From Patellaria atrata CBS 101060 (lineage: Eukaryota), in the NCBI GenBank assembly GCA_010093705.1, contig MU006090.1, positions 1,453,817 to 1,517,816 of the forward strand: a stretch of DNA of 64,000 nucleotides, in the 5' to 3' direction. Made by a program: the position numbers and the translations under genes. The notes beneath the pieces were generated by a model that was not told the DNA's origin, did not search any database, and was given only the letters and a program-made list of their open reading frames with translations. Below, piece after piece: positions 37,790-50,097 of the stretch; the first letter of the stretch is position 1, and each line of letters starts with the position of its first letter.

Positions 37790-38902
37790 CTAGGAGGCTT
37801 GTATTTGCTTGTTCTGTTCAACGGCAGCGGCCAATCCTTCGGGTGCTTGTCGGAAGAGCACGATCTCGGACTGCTTGAAATATCGTCGCGCATCTATTAA
37901 ACGGGGAGGTAAGTAAATTCCCATATTAGTTTACTAGGGTGATTCTGGAATGTACCTTCATCAATGAGGACCAAACTAAGATAGTATCGAGTAGAATACT
38001 TTTTGTTGACCTCACGGAAAGTCGGGGTTAAGTCAAACCCACCTAAGAACAATCTTATTGGTATCGTTTCTCCTCTTGAGGGTGAGCCATCCATGATCTA
38101 GGCAAAGTAAGAATTTGTCACTTTATTAAAGATTCGTACAGTGACTGACCTCAAAGCGAACCAGAGTTTCGCTCTCATTATATTGATTTGGAGCTGCTCC
38201 GGTTGTTTCCCGACGAATAATCGATAGCTCCATGTGTTTTATCTTCAACCGTACAAGTAAGAAGTATATCCTCCCGACGATGACGTCTTTCAAGTGGTAT
38301 TTTGATTTCGAATACTCAAACTCTATGTGTAGACAATCTTCGATACCGACGTCCATCTTGATCGAGCTATTCGTCTCTGGCGGTATCCGATAGGAATAGA
38401 CCCATAGATCCTTTTCTCGAATGACATCAGCCATCCTCCTCGAGACCGTAACTCGCACAAAGTATCGTAGCTTAACATTGATCCCATTATATGACTCGTA
38501 CTGTTTTTCTACGTTCTTGAAGTTGAAATCGAATGTCTGCGGATGCTGCAGGTCGCCAGGGGCGGCGAGTTCTTGACCAAGGGAGAGGAATTCATAATGA
38601 TTGCCGCGATCGAAGAACATCTCTACGAATCCGCATCGGTGGTTAGTATAATGCGAGATTCATCGTCGAGGAGGTTGAGACCGACCAATGGTGCCTATGA
38701 ATTGCACCTTGATGCCTGTGTGCTCCAACCTCTTCCCATCCTTGGGTCGCACTGTGACTTGTCCTTTTACCGATTCTCCATCCAAGTATAAGGGGACCTT
38801 CTCTTTCCTGTTCTTGTCGAGCTTTACATCCACTGTTTGTCGTTCATCCGTGTCCTCCAGGACAATGTCAATATCAACAGGAGTGGAGAAGAAATAAGAC
38901 AT
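37790..38902 (-). CDS. vps26: Retromer subunit Vps26
   Basis: Four exons: GESVKGQVTVRPKDGKRLEHTGIKVQFIG; SSIKMDVGIEDCLHIEFEYSKSKYHLKDVIVGRIYF; MDGSPSRGETIPIRLFL; RRYFKQSEI...QAS* with stop at 37790. Confidence 0.96.
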
Positions 38903-39589
38903 GGTGGTGATGGTCCCGCACTAGCCACCCGAGGGATTAATCTCAACGGCGGCCGGGAAGAGGGTCACAGTACGGTAGTACAATTGAGTATAGTCCGTAG
39001 TTCAGAGCAATGTGATCGTGTAGCTTTACTGCTACCCATCATTGAGGTTGTGACGAACGCAAGCTGAGATGGACAAAGCTTCTGAATGCCAAGCACTTCA
39101 GCCCTACATTATCATGTTCTCCCTATCGGTCTATTTTCCGTCCTCCACTCACGCTTTGCATTCCTACCTTGTAAAACATCACACAATGCTCTACTCTCCG
39201 ATGTCTCCATGAAGCTGCAGCTACATATCGCATGCTTCTTGCATTTCCAGTCAAACTTCATGGATCTAGGATGACCAAACTGCCCATGGCTCGGCGCGAC
39301 TACAGGCTAAATTGCAATATCTGTCGTCCTCTCACTTTCGGCATCTCGAAGGCGTACAGAAAGACAAGACGGCATTTCAAAAGGATACTCAACAAAGCCT
39401 TTTGTCCCTCGAAGAATTGAGCCATGCAAAAATGCTCATGTGGCCGCTCACAGGACTTGCGGTGAGGGATTTTATATGTTATTTCATTATTGCTACTAGT
39501 TCTACTGCAGCGAGACGCCTGTCGTGATCATTACGGTACGAGTACCTGTATTCTTTAAGAGACTTCGAACATGCGCTTCCGAATTGCTG

Positions 39590-40206
39590 CCGGGAATACC
39601 CCCACGCTGCTATTTCTCACGTCCGTTGGTTACGTCGTTTATTAGACTTCGGTTGACGCGGCCCACTACTATTATGCTGCTCCTTAGTAGTAAATTCGAT
39701 CGCTGACGTACTTGTGCTATCGATTATGGATTCCGTGTTCAAGGCATGAAAGAGGACTTCAAACACTGCTCCGTACGAACAAGCAGTGCTACCGTGGCAA
39801 TCCCATAGCCAGTCAGGCGGTTCTACGGTCCTTATTCCGTTGGCTTGATGATGAGCTGGCTAGCTGCATCCCCCGCAACAAGTGACCGCGTACCTGAACG
39901 CTGTGTCTAAGGGTAAGGTAAGTTTAGAGATGGTCGAAAATGCAGCTTGAGAGTTGCGGGGAAAGAGGATTTTCGCCGCCGGACAAGACTACATCCCACG
40001 CACAAAAAGGACGATTTCATACATTCAAAAGCCGATAGGTTTGTCGAGTTGTCGACTGCGGCCACCGTCTTTGCCAGGATTGCTCTATCGCCAATGGCGG
40101 CCTGTGAGTTTTGCTTCCAATCCGAAGCCTGATCTCTTTGCCTTTCTCCCAAGTCCATGGCCCGCAGTTCGTCAGTGACATCAAAATTTGACGCCCTCGT
40201 TGCCAT
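39590..40206 (-). other. Candidate multi-exon orphan gene or degenerate gene, divergent from gluconokinase
   Basis: ATG 40206 (MATRASNFDVTDELRAMDL...). Plausible GTATGA/GTACGC/GTACGT donors join to YTAFR and TVEPPDWLWDCHGSTACSYGAVFEVLFHAL. The downstream frame hits TAG. No homology recognised. Confidence 0.35.
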
Positions 40207-40494
40207 AAGATGGTAAATGCTTCACCTTAAGCTCAAGGGTTCCCTGTCCCCTTATCCGTGCACCTCTTCTTTACTTACTTTCTGTTGGGCCACAATTAGA
40301 TCTTTGCATGTATATTTTCAACTTCTATTGCTTCTCACGCCTTTAAATGGTCATCTCGCTTCAATGTCCGAACGTCCAACTTGATTTGACGTCTGGAAAG
40401 TTTGTGTCTACGTTCAGCCCTGTGATCCTTTGTCTATACCTACCACGTCACCTCAACCTCGTGTGACTAAGGTAGCCCTATTCAATATTACAAA

Positions 40495-41229
40495 ATGCTT
40501 AGTTACGACCAGGCTAATGGTCATGTTGGACCATCTGCTCCTCCAACATCAACAATGAACCCTTCATTGCAAGCAGAACAAGTTCCGTTACCACCTCATC
40601 ACCGGCATATCTGGATCATTACTGGCCCTGCAGGATGTGGCAAGAGCACAGTTGCCAAGTACATTGCTGACACGTTCTCTTTGCCGTACATTGAGGGCGA
40701 CGAGGTACCGTAATCTACAGTTTGCGCCATTTTCTTCGCTATTATTTACTTACGTATCTTTAAGTTCCACCCTCAAGCGAACATCGAAAAGATGGCGAAC
40801 GGAATTGCGCTCACAGATGCAGATCGATGGGACTGGTTGATCTTGCTCAGGCAGCAGTCACTCAACGCTCTCTCCACAGGCGCACCAGGCGTAGTCTTAA
40901 CTTGCAGCGCATTAAAAAGGAAATACCGCGATGTGATCCGCATTGCTTCATACAATGACCATGATGTTCTGGTTCACTTTGTATATCTCAAGGCTACAGA
41001 GGAGACTCTTCTGGTACGAGTGAAGGCGCGACAGGGACATTACATGAAAGACAGTATGGTCAGAAGTCAATTTGCCAGTCTAGAACCTCCTGTTGTAGAC
41101 CCGAATGATCCTCTATATGAGAAAGATGTGCTCTCCGTAGATGTGAGTGGGAGCATGGCAGAGGTACAGCAACTGGTACTGGCAGCGGTTAACGAAGTTA
41201 TGGCAAGGGATGCATACGCTGAATCATGA
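40495..41229 (+). CDS. Gluconokinase (GntK/IdnK family)
   Basis: IITGPAGCGKSTVA (P-loop), IEGDE|FHPQANIEKMANGIALTDADRWDWL, VLTCSALKRKYRD, RQGHYMKDSMVRSQFASLE. Intron about 40705-40763. Confidence 0.94.
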
Positions 41230-41765
41230 TCCCTTGGGTTTGGGTCCTTTTGATTCCGAGCGTAGATGGCGCAATCTATTCTTTGTATACCCCTATGCGT
41301 ATCTCTCTGGGCAACGGCTCTCTCCTTCCTTGGCGTATTACGGTCAATTCTGGATATTAAAGCTGAATACTGTCCCTGCTCTACCACAGTACTTCTGGGC
41401 TTGCTGTACATTTACATGGAAAAGGAATTCGAGTTGACCGTACAACTTATAGAAAGGCCAAGTCTCATGGAGTTGAAAGGACTTCAAGATATGTATAGCA
41501 AGTGTACAGTACCCTGGGGCTGTCGAATCTGATGGAGGAGGATCCCGTTAGTCAGAGTGGAAGAGTTGATTGAGGATGAATCCATCCTTACTGGATTTGA
41601 TATTTCATTCAACTAGAATTTGGTCCATACTAGTAGAACTATCTTTCTAACCTTTGACTGATAATGAGATTCATTTCTTGTACTGTACCGACAACCTTTT
41701 TCCATCATAAAATCCAGGATGTCGCTCGGCGCACGTGCACACTTGGTGTGTGATGACCGAATGGA

Positions 41766-43558
41766 ATGCATCACGGCTTTCGTCGGCTTTGTCGGCTTCC
41801 TTCGTGCGCACTTCGTACTAATACAGCTAACTGTATGCTCTTCTCTCGTTCTCCTGATTTTTCGTACAGACAATCAATTCCTGTAATAATGCAAAAGACG
41901 CTCTTTAAAGAGCTTCAATACCTCATCCGGTGCTCAAATACCCCGTTTTGCGCAACACAATTACTCAGAAAGTCTCACGGATCCAGACCGCACCACCGCC
42001 GGAGGTTTGGTACCTCTAAGAGATTGGACGTGGTTAAACCGTATTTGCTGGCGGATATTGGTGAAGGTAAGTGGAGTGATATGTCCTCCTTAAGATTGAT
42101 CTATGAACTGATCCTGCTAGGTATAACTGAATGCCAGGTCATCCAATGGTTCGTTCAGCCGGGAGCGAGGGTCGAGCAGTTCGATAAGATATGTGAGGTA
42201 CAATCGGACAAAGCATCGGTCGAGGTATTATATAGGAGATCTGTGCGGATTCGTTCAGCTTCCTAATTGTGATAGATCACATCTCGGTTCGATGGTGTAA
42301 TAAAGAAACTATACTATGAGGCGGATGATATGGCCAAGGTTGGCAAGGTACGTGGTATGGAGATACTCTAAATCGGACGTTACTAAGAGTCCGCCAGCCC
42401 CTTGTCGACATTGATATACAGAGCGAGATATCTCCAGAAGACGAAGCGCTTACCAAGGTTCCTGGCGAGGCAGAAGAAAAGAAACTTACACCGGACATAG
42501 AAGAGCAATCACAGTCGGCTTCTTCAATACCGGACGGGGGCACTGAAGAAGGTGGATTAGCGGCAGAAGGGGGTATAGCTGATACACCCACATCACAGTC
42601 GGAAAAATCGAAACCTTCTGGGAAGCACAAGTCGCTGGCGACTCCTGCGGTTCGACATTTGGTGAAAGAGTTGAGCCTAGACATAACGGACATACCAGGA
42701 ACAGGCAAAGATGGAAGAGTACTGAAAGAGGATGTGCAAAAGTTCTCCACACCCAAGACAGAATCAACTGCCGGCGCACCATCGCAGACATCTCCACAGC
42801 CGTCCTCCTCAGCCTCAACCACATCTTCTCCACGACCCGTCGGCGAACCCCTCACAACCGACAAGACCGTCCCCCTAACCCCAATCCAATCGCAGATGTT
42901 CAAAACCATGACCCGCTCGCTCAGTATCCCCCACTTCCTCTACACCGACTCCGTCGACATGACCTCCATCAACACCCTCCGCAACAAGCTCAATCGCAAC
43001 CCCAAATCCGCCAAACTCTCCGCCCTCCCCTTCATCCTCAAAGCCCTCTCCCTCGCCCTCTCCCACCATCCCCTCCTCAACGCCCACCTCAACACCGCAG
43101 ACTCCAAACCCCACCTCCACCTCAAAGCCTTGCACAACATAGGCGTGGCCATGGACACGCCCTCCGGCCTCCTCGTCCCCGTCATCCGCGCCGTCCAATC
43201 CCACACCATCGCCTCCCTCGCCACCGAACTGTCCCGACTCTCCTCTCTCGCGCGGGCCGGCAAACTCACCGCCGCCGACCTCTCCGGCGCCACTGTCTCC
43301 GTGAGCAATATAGGGAGTATAGGCGGTGGGGCCGTCGCGCCGGTTATCGTCCCGCCTCAGGTTGCGATTCTGGGCGTCGGGAGGGCGAAGGCGGTGCCGA
43401 GGTTCGATGGGGAGGGGAAAGTGGTGAGGGCCGAGGAGGCGGTGTTTAGCTGGAGTGCGGATCATCGGGTTATCGATGGGGCGGTGGTGGCGAGGTGTGC
43501 GGAGAGGGTCAAGGGGTATCTTGAAGGGGTGGAGGGGATGGTGCTTGAGATGAGTTGA
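41766..43558 (+). CDS. DBT: Branched-chain alpha-keto acid dehydrogenase E2 (dihydrolipoamide branched-chain transacylase)
   Basis: Mitochondrial-type presequence; lipoyl domain (LADIGEGITEC...CEVQSDKASVEITSRFDG); E3-binding ATPAVRHL..GTGKDGRVLKEDV; catalytic SWSADHRVIDGA. Three short introns. Confidence 0.93.
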
Positions 43559-43752
43559 AGTGGGTGGAGAGGAGGATATGTTGCGAAATCGAGAATGGAT
43601 GGGACTGGAAACGAGTCATTTGCATTTGGAGGTCGCTAAGGACGATTTGTGTTATAAGCGTTTGAGGATGATTATGAGCTTTTATATCGACTTCTCGCTT
43701 TTGGTATAAATACTTCACCGTCACTCTGGACTTGCTATATTTTATTATCTAG

Positions 43753-43998
43753 CCTAGGTGACATTATCCTAGGTTTAGTATATAAACCTAGGTAACATCC
43801 TACTAGGTTTGATATCTTAGCCTAGATTACACTCTTCTAGGTTTTATATTCTAACCTAGGAAACATTCTTCCAAGTTTACCATATAAGCCCAAGATCACA
43901 TTATACTAGGTTAGGTATTCTAACCAAGGTGACACTATACTAGGTTAAGTATTCTAACCCAGGTAACATCATACTAGGCTTAATATTTTGACCTAAGT
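43753..43998. repeat. Degenerate AT-rich minisatellite: 7 units of about 34 bp with internal inverted symmetry
   Basis: Unit starts at 43753, 43787, 43821, 43855, 43889/90, 43924 and 43958. Approximate consensus cctaggtNacatNNtactaggttNNNtattctaa. Confidence 0.88.
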
Positions 43999-44262
43999 CT
44001 TGACTTTAAAACCCTACGGGGCAGTGAAGGGGGGGGATAAGAAGGTTTTAGGTTTACTTAGGGCGTTTGATCATAGCATTTACGAATGATATGTAGGTTA
44101 AATATTATATTCCATACATAGAGTGTTTTCAGCGCATAGAGCTAGTCTCGCCTACCTAAGTGAGGTTGCCATAGTACATCCATTAATTTACCCTAGAAGC
44201 CCGCTACGCCTAAGACCTATCACCAGTTCTCTGTATAGCGATGAAGTAGTAGCTATGCGATT

Positions 44263-45051
44263 TCAGGACCTGCAGAACGACTGCTCATCGTTATGCTCGT
44301 GGTAATTCCCGCATTTATCTGCAGTCCAAGGGAGTCGCGCTTTAAATTCTGGCAGGTCCTGTTTGCCTCCAATACGTTGTAGTAAATCGACCAAGAACTC
44401 CCGTGGAGCCATATCGAAATCATTATCAGAAAAAGTAGGGTCGTTATCGGTGTTGCTGCTAAACAACCGACGGTGGCCGTAGAAATCTACTAGGAGTCGT
44501 CGCATCGGCGAGCCTTCAAAAGTTTTCCCGTAGATGTATTTTGCGAGAGTCGTAGGATAACGATTATTAGAACGAAAATAGTGGATGAAACCATCAATAA
44601 CCCTATTCTTGAAGCGGATATCGATCAACACATCTTCAAGAACGTACAATTCAGTGAGTCGATCGAGTTGAACAGATCTGCAGTATCCTCTTCCTTCACA
44701 AGCCAAATCGTTTTCGAGACCGCTAAAGATTCAGCCGGTACAAAGCCACTGGATATACGCAATGATCACATCTTCTCAGCGTAGGGAATTCGCACGATCC
44801 CCTCTGATTCCTTCCAATGGCCATTTAGAACAGCTTCGAAAAACTTGGATGATGCAGCAATTAAAGCCCTGTGCATCACAATCGGCTCGGGGTTGTCGAT
44901 AACGTAGATATCAAGCGTAGGACCATCAACTCTACCTCATGTAAGCCTTATGCCTGCAGTGAAAGTTGGAGAAAGCTTACCGTGGGCCGATTTTCTGCAG
45001 CTCGCAGACAGACATGAGGACGGTAATCCTCGAATTATGTATTGAGCCCAT
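44263..45051 (-). pseudogene. BTB/POZ-domain gene, disrupted
   Basis: VMHRALIAASSKFFEAVLNGHWKESEGIVRIP, then a frameshift near 44772 to DVIIAYIQWLCTG, then in-frame TGA at 44733-44731, then LTELYVLEDVL..F.NRVID...YIYGKTFEGSPMRRLLVDFY. Intron 44980-44932. Confidence 0.8.
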
Positions 45052-45323
45052 CTTTGTTGATAAAAGCGTTGAGGTAGAGCTGGTGGAGTTGCAAGACGCC
45101 TTATGTCAGGCGAAAGTAAGGTGGAGATGTGGCCTCGCAAATGGCGGCTCACGTGAGGGTAAACTCTCGTGGTTGAGCCTGAGTTGTGTCGTTGTACGTG
45201 ACCTCCTGCCAAATTCTACGGGTTTGTATACGGTAGCTCAAACAGAAGTCCTTAGATTCAACAATGGTTGCAGCACTGGGGTCACTCCGACGTGGCTGAT
45301 CGAGTGCGATGCAGCAAACCTCT

Positions 45324-46055
45324 TCATAGCTTTGCTTTTATTTCTAAGTCATCGAACTTATTGTTAAGCAGTTTTCGTAATTCTCCCCGAATCTTCGCAG
45401 CTAATACTCCAGCTTCTTCCTCGTCCAAATCTTCTCTTGTGCCTCTTCCAAACATGGTCCAGCTTTTGTTCTTGACTTCGGGCATTGTCTCTGGTCGCGG
45501 AATAATATGGAAATGCACGTGAGGAACTACCTGGGCTGCTCTTGCTCCGTTGTTTTGCACAATGTTATAGTCTGTTATTCCTAATGTACGCATCACTGCT
45601 AATGAGAGGAGTGGAAGCCAAAAGCCTACAGTAGGTACTCAGCAAATGAAGAACGTTGAACACTGCAAGGCACCAAGTTCGACAGCTCAAACACTAGCCT
45701 GTGGAGATAAGTACCTACCAATATCCATGGACTCTTGCGAGCCTACATCCTGTAGCTTTTGTCTGTGTGCTCTCGTGGCAACAAGCAAATGGCCCTTCGT
45801 CATGGGCAGAATGTCCAGAAAGGCTAGCACGTTTTCCGAGTTGAGAATAATCCAACAAGCTGGATCTATTTTCTCTGGCTCTATGCTCCCTTCATCCGGA
45901 ATACACGATAGTAGCACTTCCTTGGGTAACTCGGGATGAGAAAGTAAAGGGTTCGAGGATGAAGGTATGGATTGAAAGGGAAACGCTTGGGCTATGGAGC
46001 AAAAAGGGCAGGATTGCGGATAGAGATCGTCAAGAGACGACTGTGCGATTGACAT
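45324..46055 (-). CDS. HIT (histidine triad) family protein, Hnt1-like
   Basis: CPFCSIA, LAFLDILPMTKGHLLV, intron about 45716-45627, YNIVQNNGARAAQVVPHVHFHIIPR (HxHxHxx triad). Confidence 0.92.
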
Positions 46056-46780
46056 GGTCCTATCATCGCGTCTGGTGTTCAGGTTCGAGTTAAGAAGAGG
46101 AGGGTTCTCAAAGTTCTTATGACGAAGTTCGCTTGAAGCCAAAAGCGGTTGTCATGGCAAGGCAGAGCCTCGGTTGTTCCGACAGAGAAAACATAACAAC
46201 TACAGAGTACTTGTCCATAATGTCTATAATACCCATCACATACACTTCCGGCTTCGTTTCACACGGCAAAGACAGCGAGATATCGAGATTTCATATTCAA
46301 AAAATCCCACGCTGGATGGCAGGGCACACAGACAAGCCGACTATCATCTTGAACACCATAACTCCCATGCTGGTAACCCCTACTCTTGGAACCTAAACAT
46401 GTACGGTCTTTACTCTGTGCAGCAAACGTCAAAAGTCATCGAATAGAAGACATGAACACAGTATACTAGATAACAGGAAGTATCTAGTATGAAAAAGAGA
46501 AATCCAGAATTCGGTCACGTGAACCCGCACACCCAAAAATTGCCGGTTAGCAACGGCTGGTGGGTATGACGTAGGTTGCTTTGTACGCGTGAGATGAGGG
46601 CATCTATTACGACGTCTTTGAAGCCTTGGACTATATATTCTATATAGAGATACGAATCCTCCTAAGAGCTTTATCCTATCATACTATTTTTGCACATCCT
46701 ACACCTTTCAATACTCAAACAGAGTCTCTCATAAACCCAACTCACAACCTACTACACACTACAGATCCATACAAGCAATC

Positions 46781-47299
46781 ATGCCTCTCGTAGTTCCCGG
46801 CCTCATGGGTACCAACAAGGACGACAGTACCAAGTGGGAGAATGAGCTTATAGGAAAGCAGTTAGGCGATCAGACAAACGAGACGGTATGTTAGAATAAC
46901 ATGTCTTTTCTTCCCCGACTACCCCACATAAATCTTACTCCCGCCCATTCCATCCTTCTACAACAACTCCCTATACCCAGGGTATGTCACGGTAGCCACC
47001 TAAAGAAGCACATTACGTCCTATCTACCTTCCGATCCTGAATCAATTTGCTAACAAACATCATATCTAGACCTTCGCCAAAAAGGACCTCCCAAAAGAGC
47101 ACCGTGTGGTAAGAGAGGGCGATATGATGACCATGGACCACAAACCAGACCGGTTAGTTCACGGCCCAGTTCCCAGATTCAGATATATTTCATCCGAGCC
47201 ATTACACTCCCAGTGCTACCAACACTAACATATCGCATCTGCAGACTTAACATTCACGTCGGAGAAGACGGCACCGTCACCAACGTCAAGTACGGTTAA
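46781..47299 (+). CDS. Small peptidase inhibitor I78-family protein (80 aa, 3 exons; absent from the ORF track)
   Basis: Exons 46781-46885, 47070-47152 and 47245-47299 give MPLVVPGLMG...KWENELIGKQLG...FAKKDLPKEHRVVREGDMMTMDHKPDRLNIHVGEDGTVTNVKYG*. T.D....RLN..V is the I78 motif. Confidence 0.88.
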
Positions 47300-48155
47300 A
47301 TTTTGTCTCAAACCCAACCGGCTGTCTCCCTTTTTGATTGGACGGACGTAACCAGAACGCGTGCGTCATGAACCGAGTATGGGGCCTAGAACGGACCCTA
47401 CGATATCTGAAGCGACGATGCCGCGATCCCTTCTTCCTTCTTTGTTTGTCATTAAATTCCATAGAGAAAGAATGAAACACATCATACACATGTATACATG
47501 TACAATACACCCTGAGTATGCAGCGATCTCGCTTCCACGGAAACAATTCCCAAACACTCTATTCCCATCACCTTAATGACCTAAGCAACAGATTGCTGAC
47601 TGATCTCCCTACCCCTGACGCCCCTTTCTCCCCGGGTCCAAGCTCCAGACCCAAGCCCACGGACACCCGTCCAACCCGTCGCATAAGCGACGGATAGAAC
47701 GTTCTATCTTGTCAGAAGCTGTCCCGACAAATTCTAGAGGTTGACCCGACCCTAGAGGCAGATATTTGGAATTCTAGGGTCAGACTTTTCCCTTTGTAGA
47801 AATCCTTTCCTGGGCTGGACAGTTAATTACAAAGAAAGCGGAAACGCGGGTGCGCTGCCGATATGCATTAGAACTGGAAAATTAGATTTCGGGTCTACTC
47901 CATATTATGATATTGTGCAATTCGGTTAGGATTACATACTGTGATGGAAACAGAGACCACGCTCTGATATGACACGTCAATATCGTAGAAACAACCAGAG
48001 CCCAGGACTACGCTATGCAGCACTCCACCCATGCACGAATATCAAAAACGGTCCGAAAGCCAGTTCCGGCCAAGTCTCGGTCAAACCGCCGTCTCCGCCC
48101 ATCCTTCCCTCCCCACTTCCGCCCTAATCCTCAACTCATCCATCCATCCCATCCA

Positions 48156-50097
48156 TCACCTCCCCACCCCCAACCCCGCCTGGACCCCCAAAAACCGTCT
48201 CAGCGTCCTCAACACGCCCGTCCTCCCCATCCCCTCACACCCAAGCACAACCAGACCCCTCACCCCCCTCGCGATCCACGCAGCCCTTTGCCCTGCATCA
48301 ACGCCCCTCCCCCTCGCCGCCGCGCCCGCCGTGAGCGCGATCCAGAAGCGTGGGCCCTGCAGCGCGTCCCATGCTTCTGGGGGTGTGGACTCGTATGCGG
48401 ATGTGAGACGGACGAGGAGGTCCGGGAAGGACTGGGGGAAGGTGAGGGAGAGCGGCGTTCGGGTGTGGATGGCAGTTGCGTAGAGGAGGGAGGTTAGGCG
48501 GATGGTTTCGTAGAGGGGGTCGGAGGGGTCGGAAGGGTGGGAGAGGGTGCGGTGGTATATGCGTGCGATTTCTAGGGTGCGGGTGTGTTGGCGGGAATCC
48601 GGGGGAGTGGTGAGGTAGGTTTGGTTTGGGAAGGTTGGGGGATCCTCGTGGGAAGGTGTGCCGGGGAAGGGGGAAACGTGGGCGTGGGTGTGGGCGTTCG
48701 AGTGGAGGTCGAGGAAGAGGTCGGTGAGCACGAGCATGTTTTGTATGAGATTCCCGGTTTGCTCGGAGCAGTGGAAGAGGTGTGGGATGCTGAAGAAGTC
48801 TGAGTTCGGCCAGCGGAGGGGAGATTCTGGGATTTGGGTTATGAAAGGGTCGGAAGAGATGCCGAGTGAGTCGTAGTAGTCGTAATATATTGAGTGTGCC
48901 TGTTCTTCGAAATAGGCGCATGTGAGAAAAGAATCCCTGCTCGAGATGTTAGTTAGTTTACGGATTATCACTTGGTGAGTTGCGAAGTACTCACATGGTC
49001 AGCACAGAAGCAATATTACCATCTTTTGTGAGAGCGTGGAGACCCCCTCTAGCTTCGACCATTTTACGAAGTCCTCTGGCGTGTACTACCAATGTGTCTT
49101 TATCGCTAGTAGGTAACTCCGTTAGTAAGAGATGCACAACTGCAACGAGAGATTGCGGAGTCTTCTCGTTTCGAAGTTCGTTTCTCAAGGCACCCATTAG
49201 ATCCGCCTTTAGTGAAATAGCGTCTACACTTTCTGGTTGACCCCTAATGAGATCTAAATGGGTAGAGGATAACGCGAAGGTACTTATGAAAGCAGCCGGA
49301 CTTCCAACCAGATCAGGGTCACTCATATACTGTCGGCCTTGATGAGAACGGGGGTTGAAGTATGCGCTACCTAGATCGTTTTAGCTGAAGAATATTTCCA
49401 CACACTACTTCAATCACTCACAATGGTACAATGTCCGCTCAAAGCTCACATTTGGTTTGAAACGACCCAAGAGTTCCTTGAAAGGGTTGTACGCGACGTT
49501 CAGATATCTTTGAAGCTGATCTTCCTGTTGAACACCAACGGGAGCCTCATGACAATTCAGATTGTAGGGTTGCTCCATTGGAGAGTCCGGCCGCACGTCA
49601 TCCAAGATATGAGAGAAGACGTCCTGACTAACTGAGCTCGAAGGAGATGGCGAGTCCGAGAAGTCTAAGACTGATTCTGACGCTCGTCGATGTTCTTCGT
49701 CTATTATCCCTCTGCGAAGGCCTTGCTGCCGTTTTGATATTTTCGCCTTCCTAAACAGAGCCAGAGCTTCATCTGTTCGCATGAGTGGTCCAGGGCTGTC
49801 ATCACTGATGTAGTCATTTCGCGGAGACCTTTTCGATATACCATCTTTTGATTGCTTGCCCTTGGAGCTCGCACTTCGAGTTTTCCTTAGTTTCTCGATA
49901 CGTGGTCTCCGGGAGATGTGGTTGTACATAACATGAGATCGATTCTCTCTCATGGTAGACCGGTCCTTGAACTGATCGGGATCAGTCGTGGTGACAAAAC
50001 GGAAGCTGAGATTGGCGATTGATGGTATGTTGGGATCATTGTATTCAGCATCGTTGCCTCTGGTTATGGATGGGGTCAAATCATTGAAGGAAGTCAT
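48156..50097 (-). CDS. Fungal-specific transcription-factor-domain protein lacking a Zn2Cys6 finger
   Basis: N-terminal FRFVTTTDPDQFKDRSTMRENRSHVM, middle VHARGLRKMVEARGGL, C-terminal ETIRLTSLLY...FWIALTAGAAA. Introns near 49430-49372 and 48993-48938. Confidence 0.75.

Noticed and set aside
43753..43998. CRISPR-like reading of the palindromic 34-bp array
   Set aside because: The 'spacers' are only 7-11 nt and homologous to each other, the units are degenerate, there are no cas genes, and the context is eukaryotic.
46463..46490. Perfect 10-bp hairpin atactagata-N8-tatctagtat; similar 9-bp stem at 33695-33732
   Set aside because: Isolated short AT-rich stems are expected by chance in 64 kb, and intrinsic terminators are not relevant to fungal Pol II genes.
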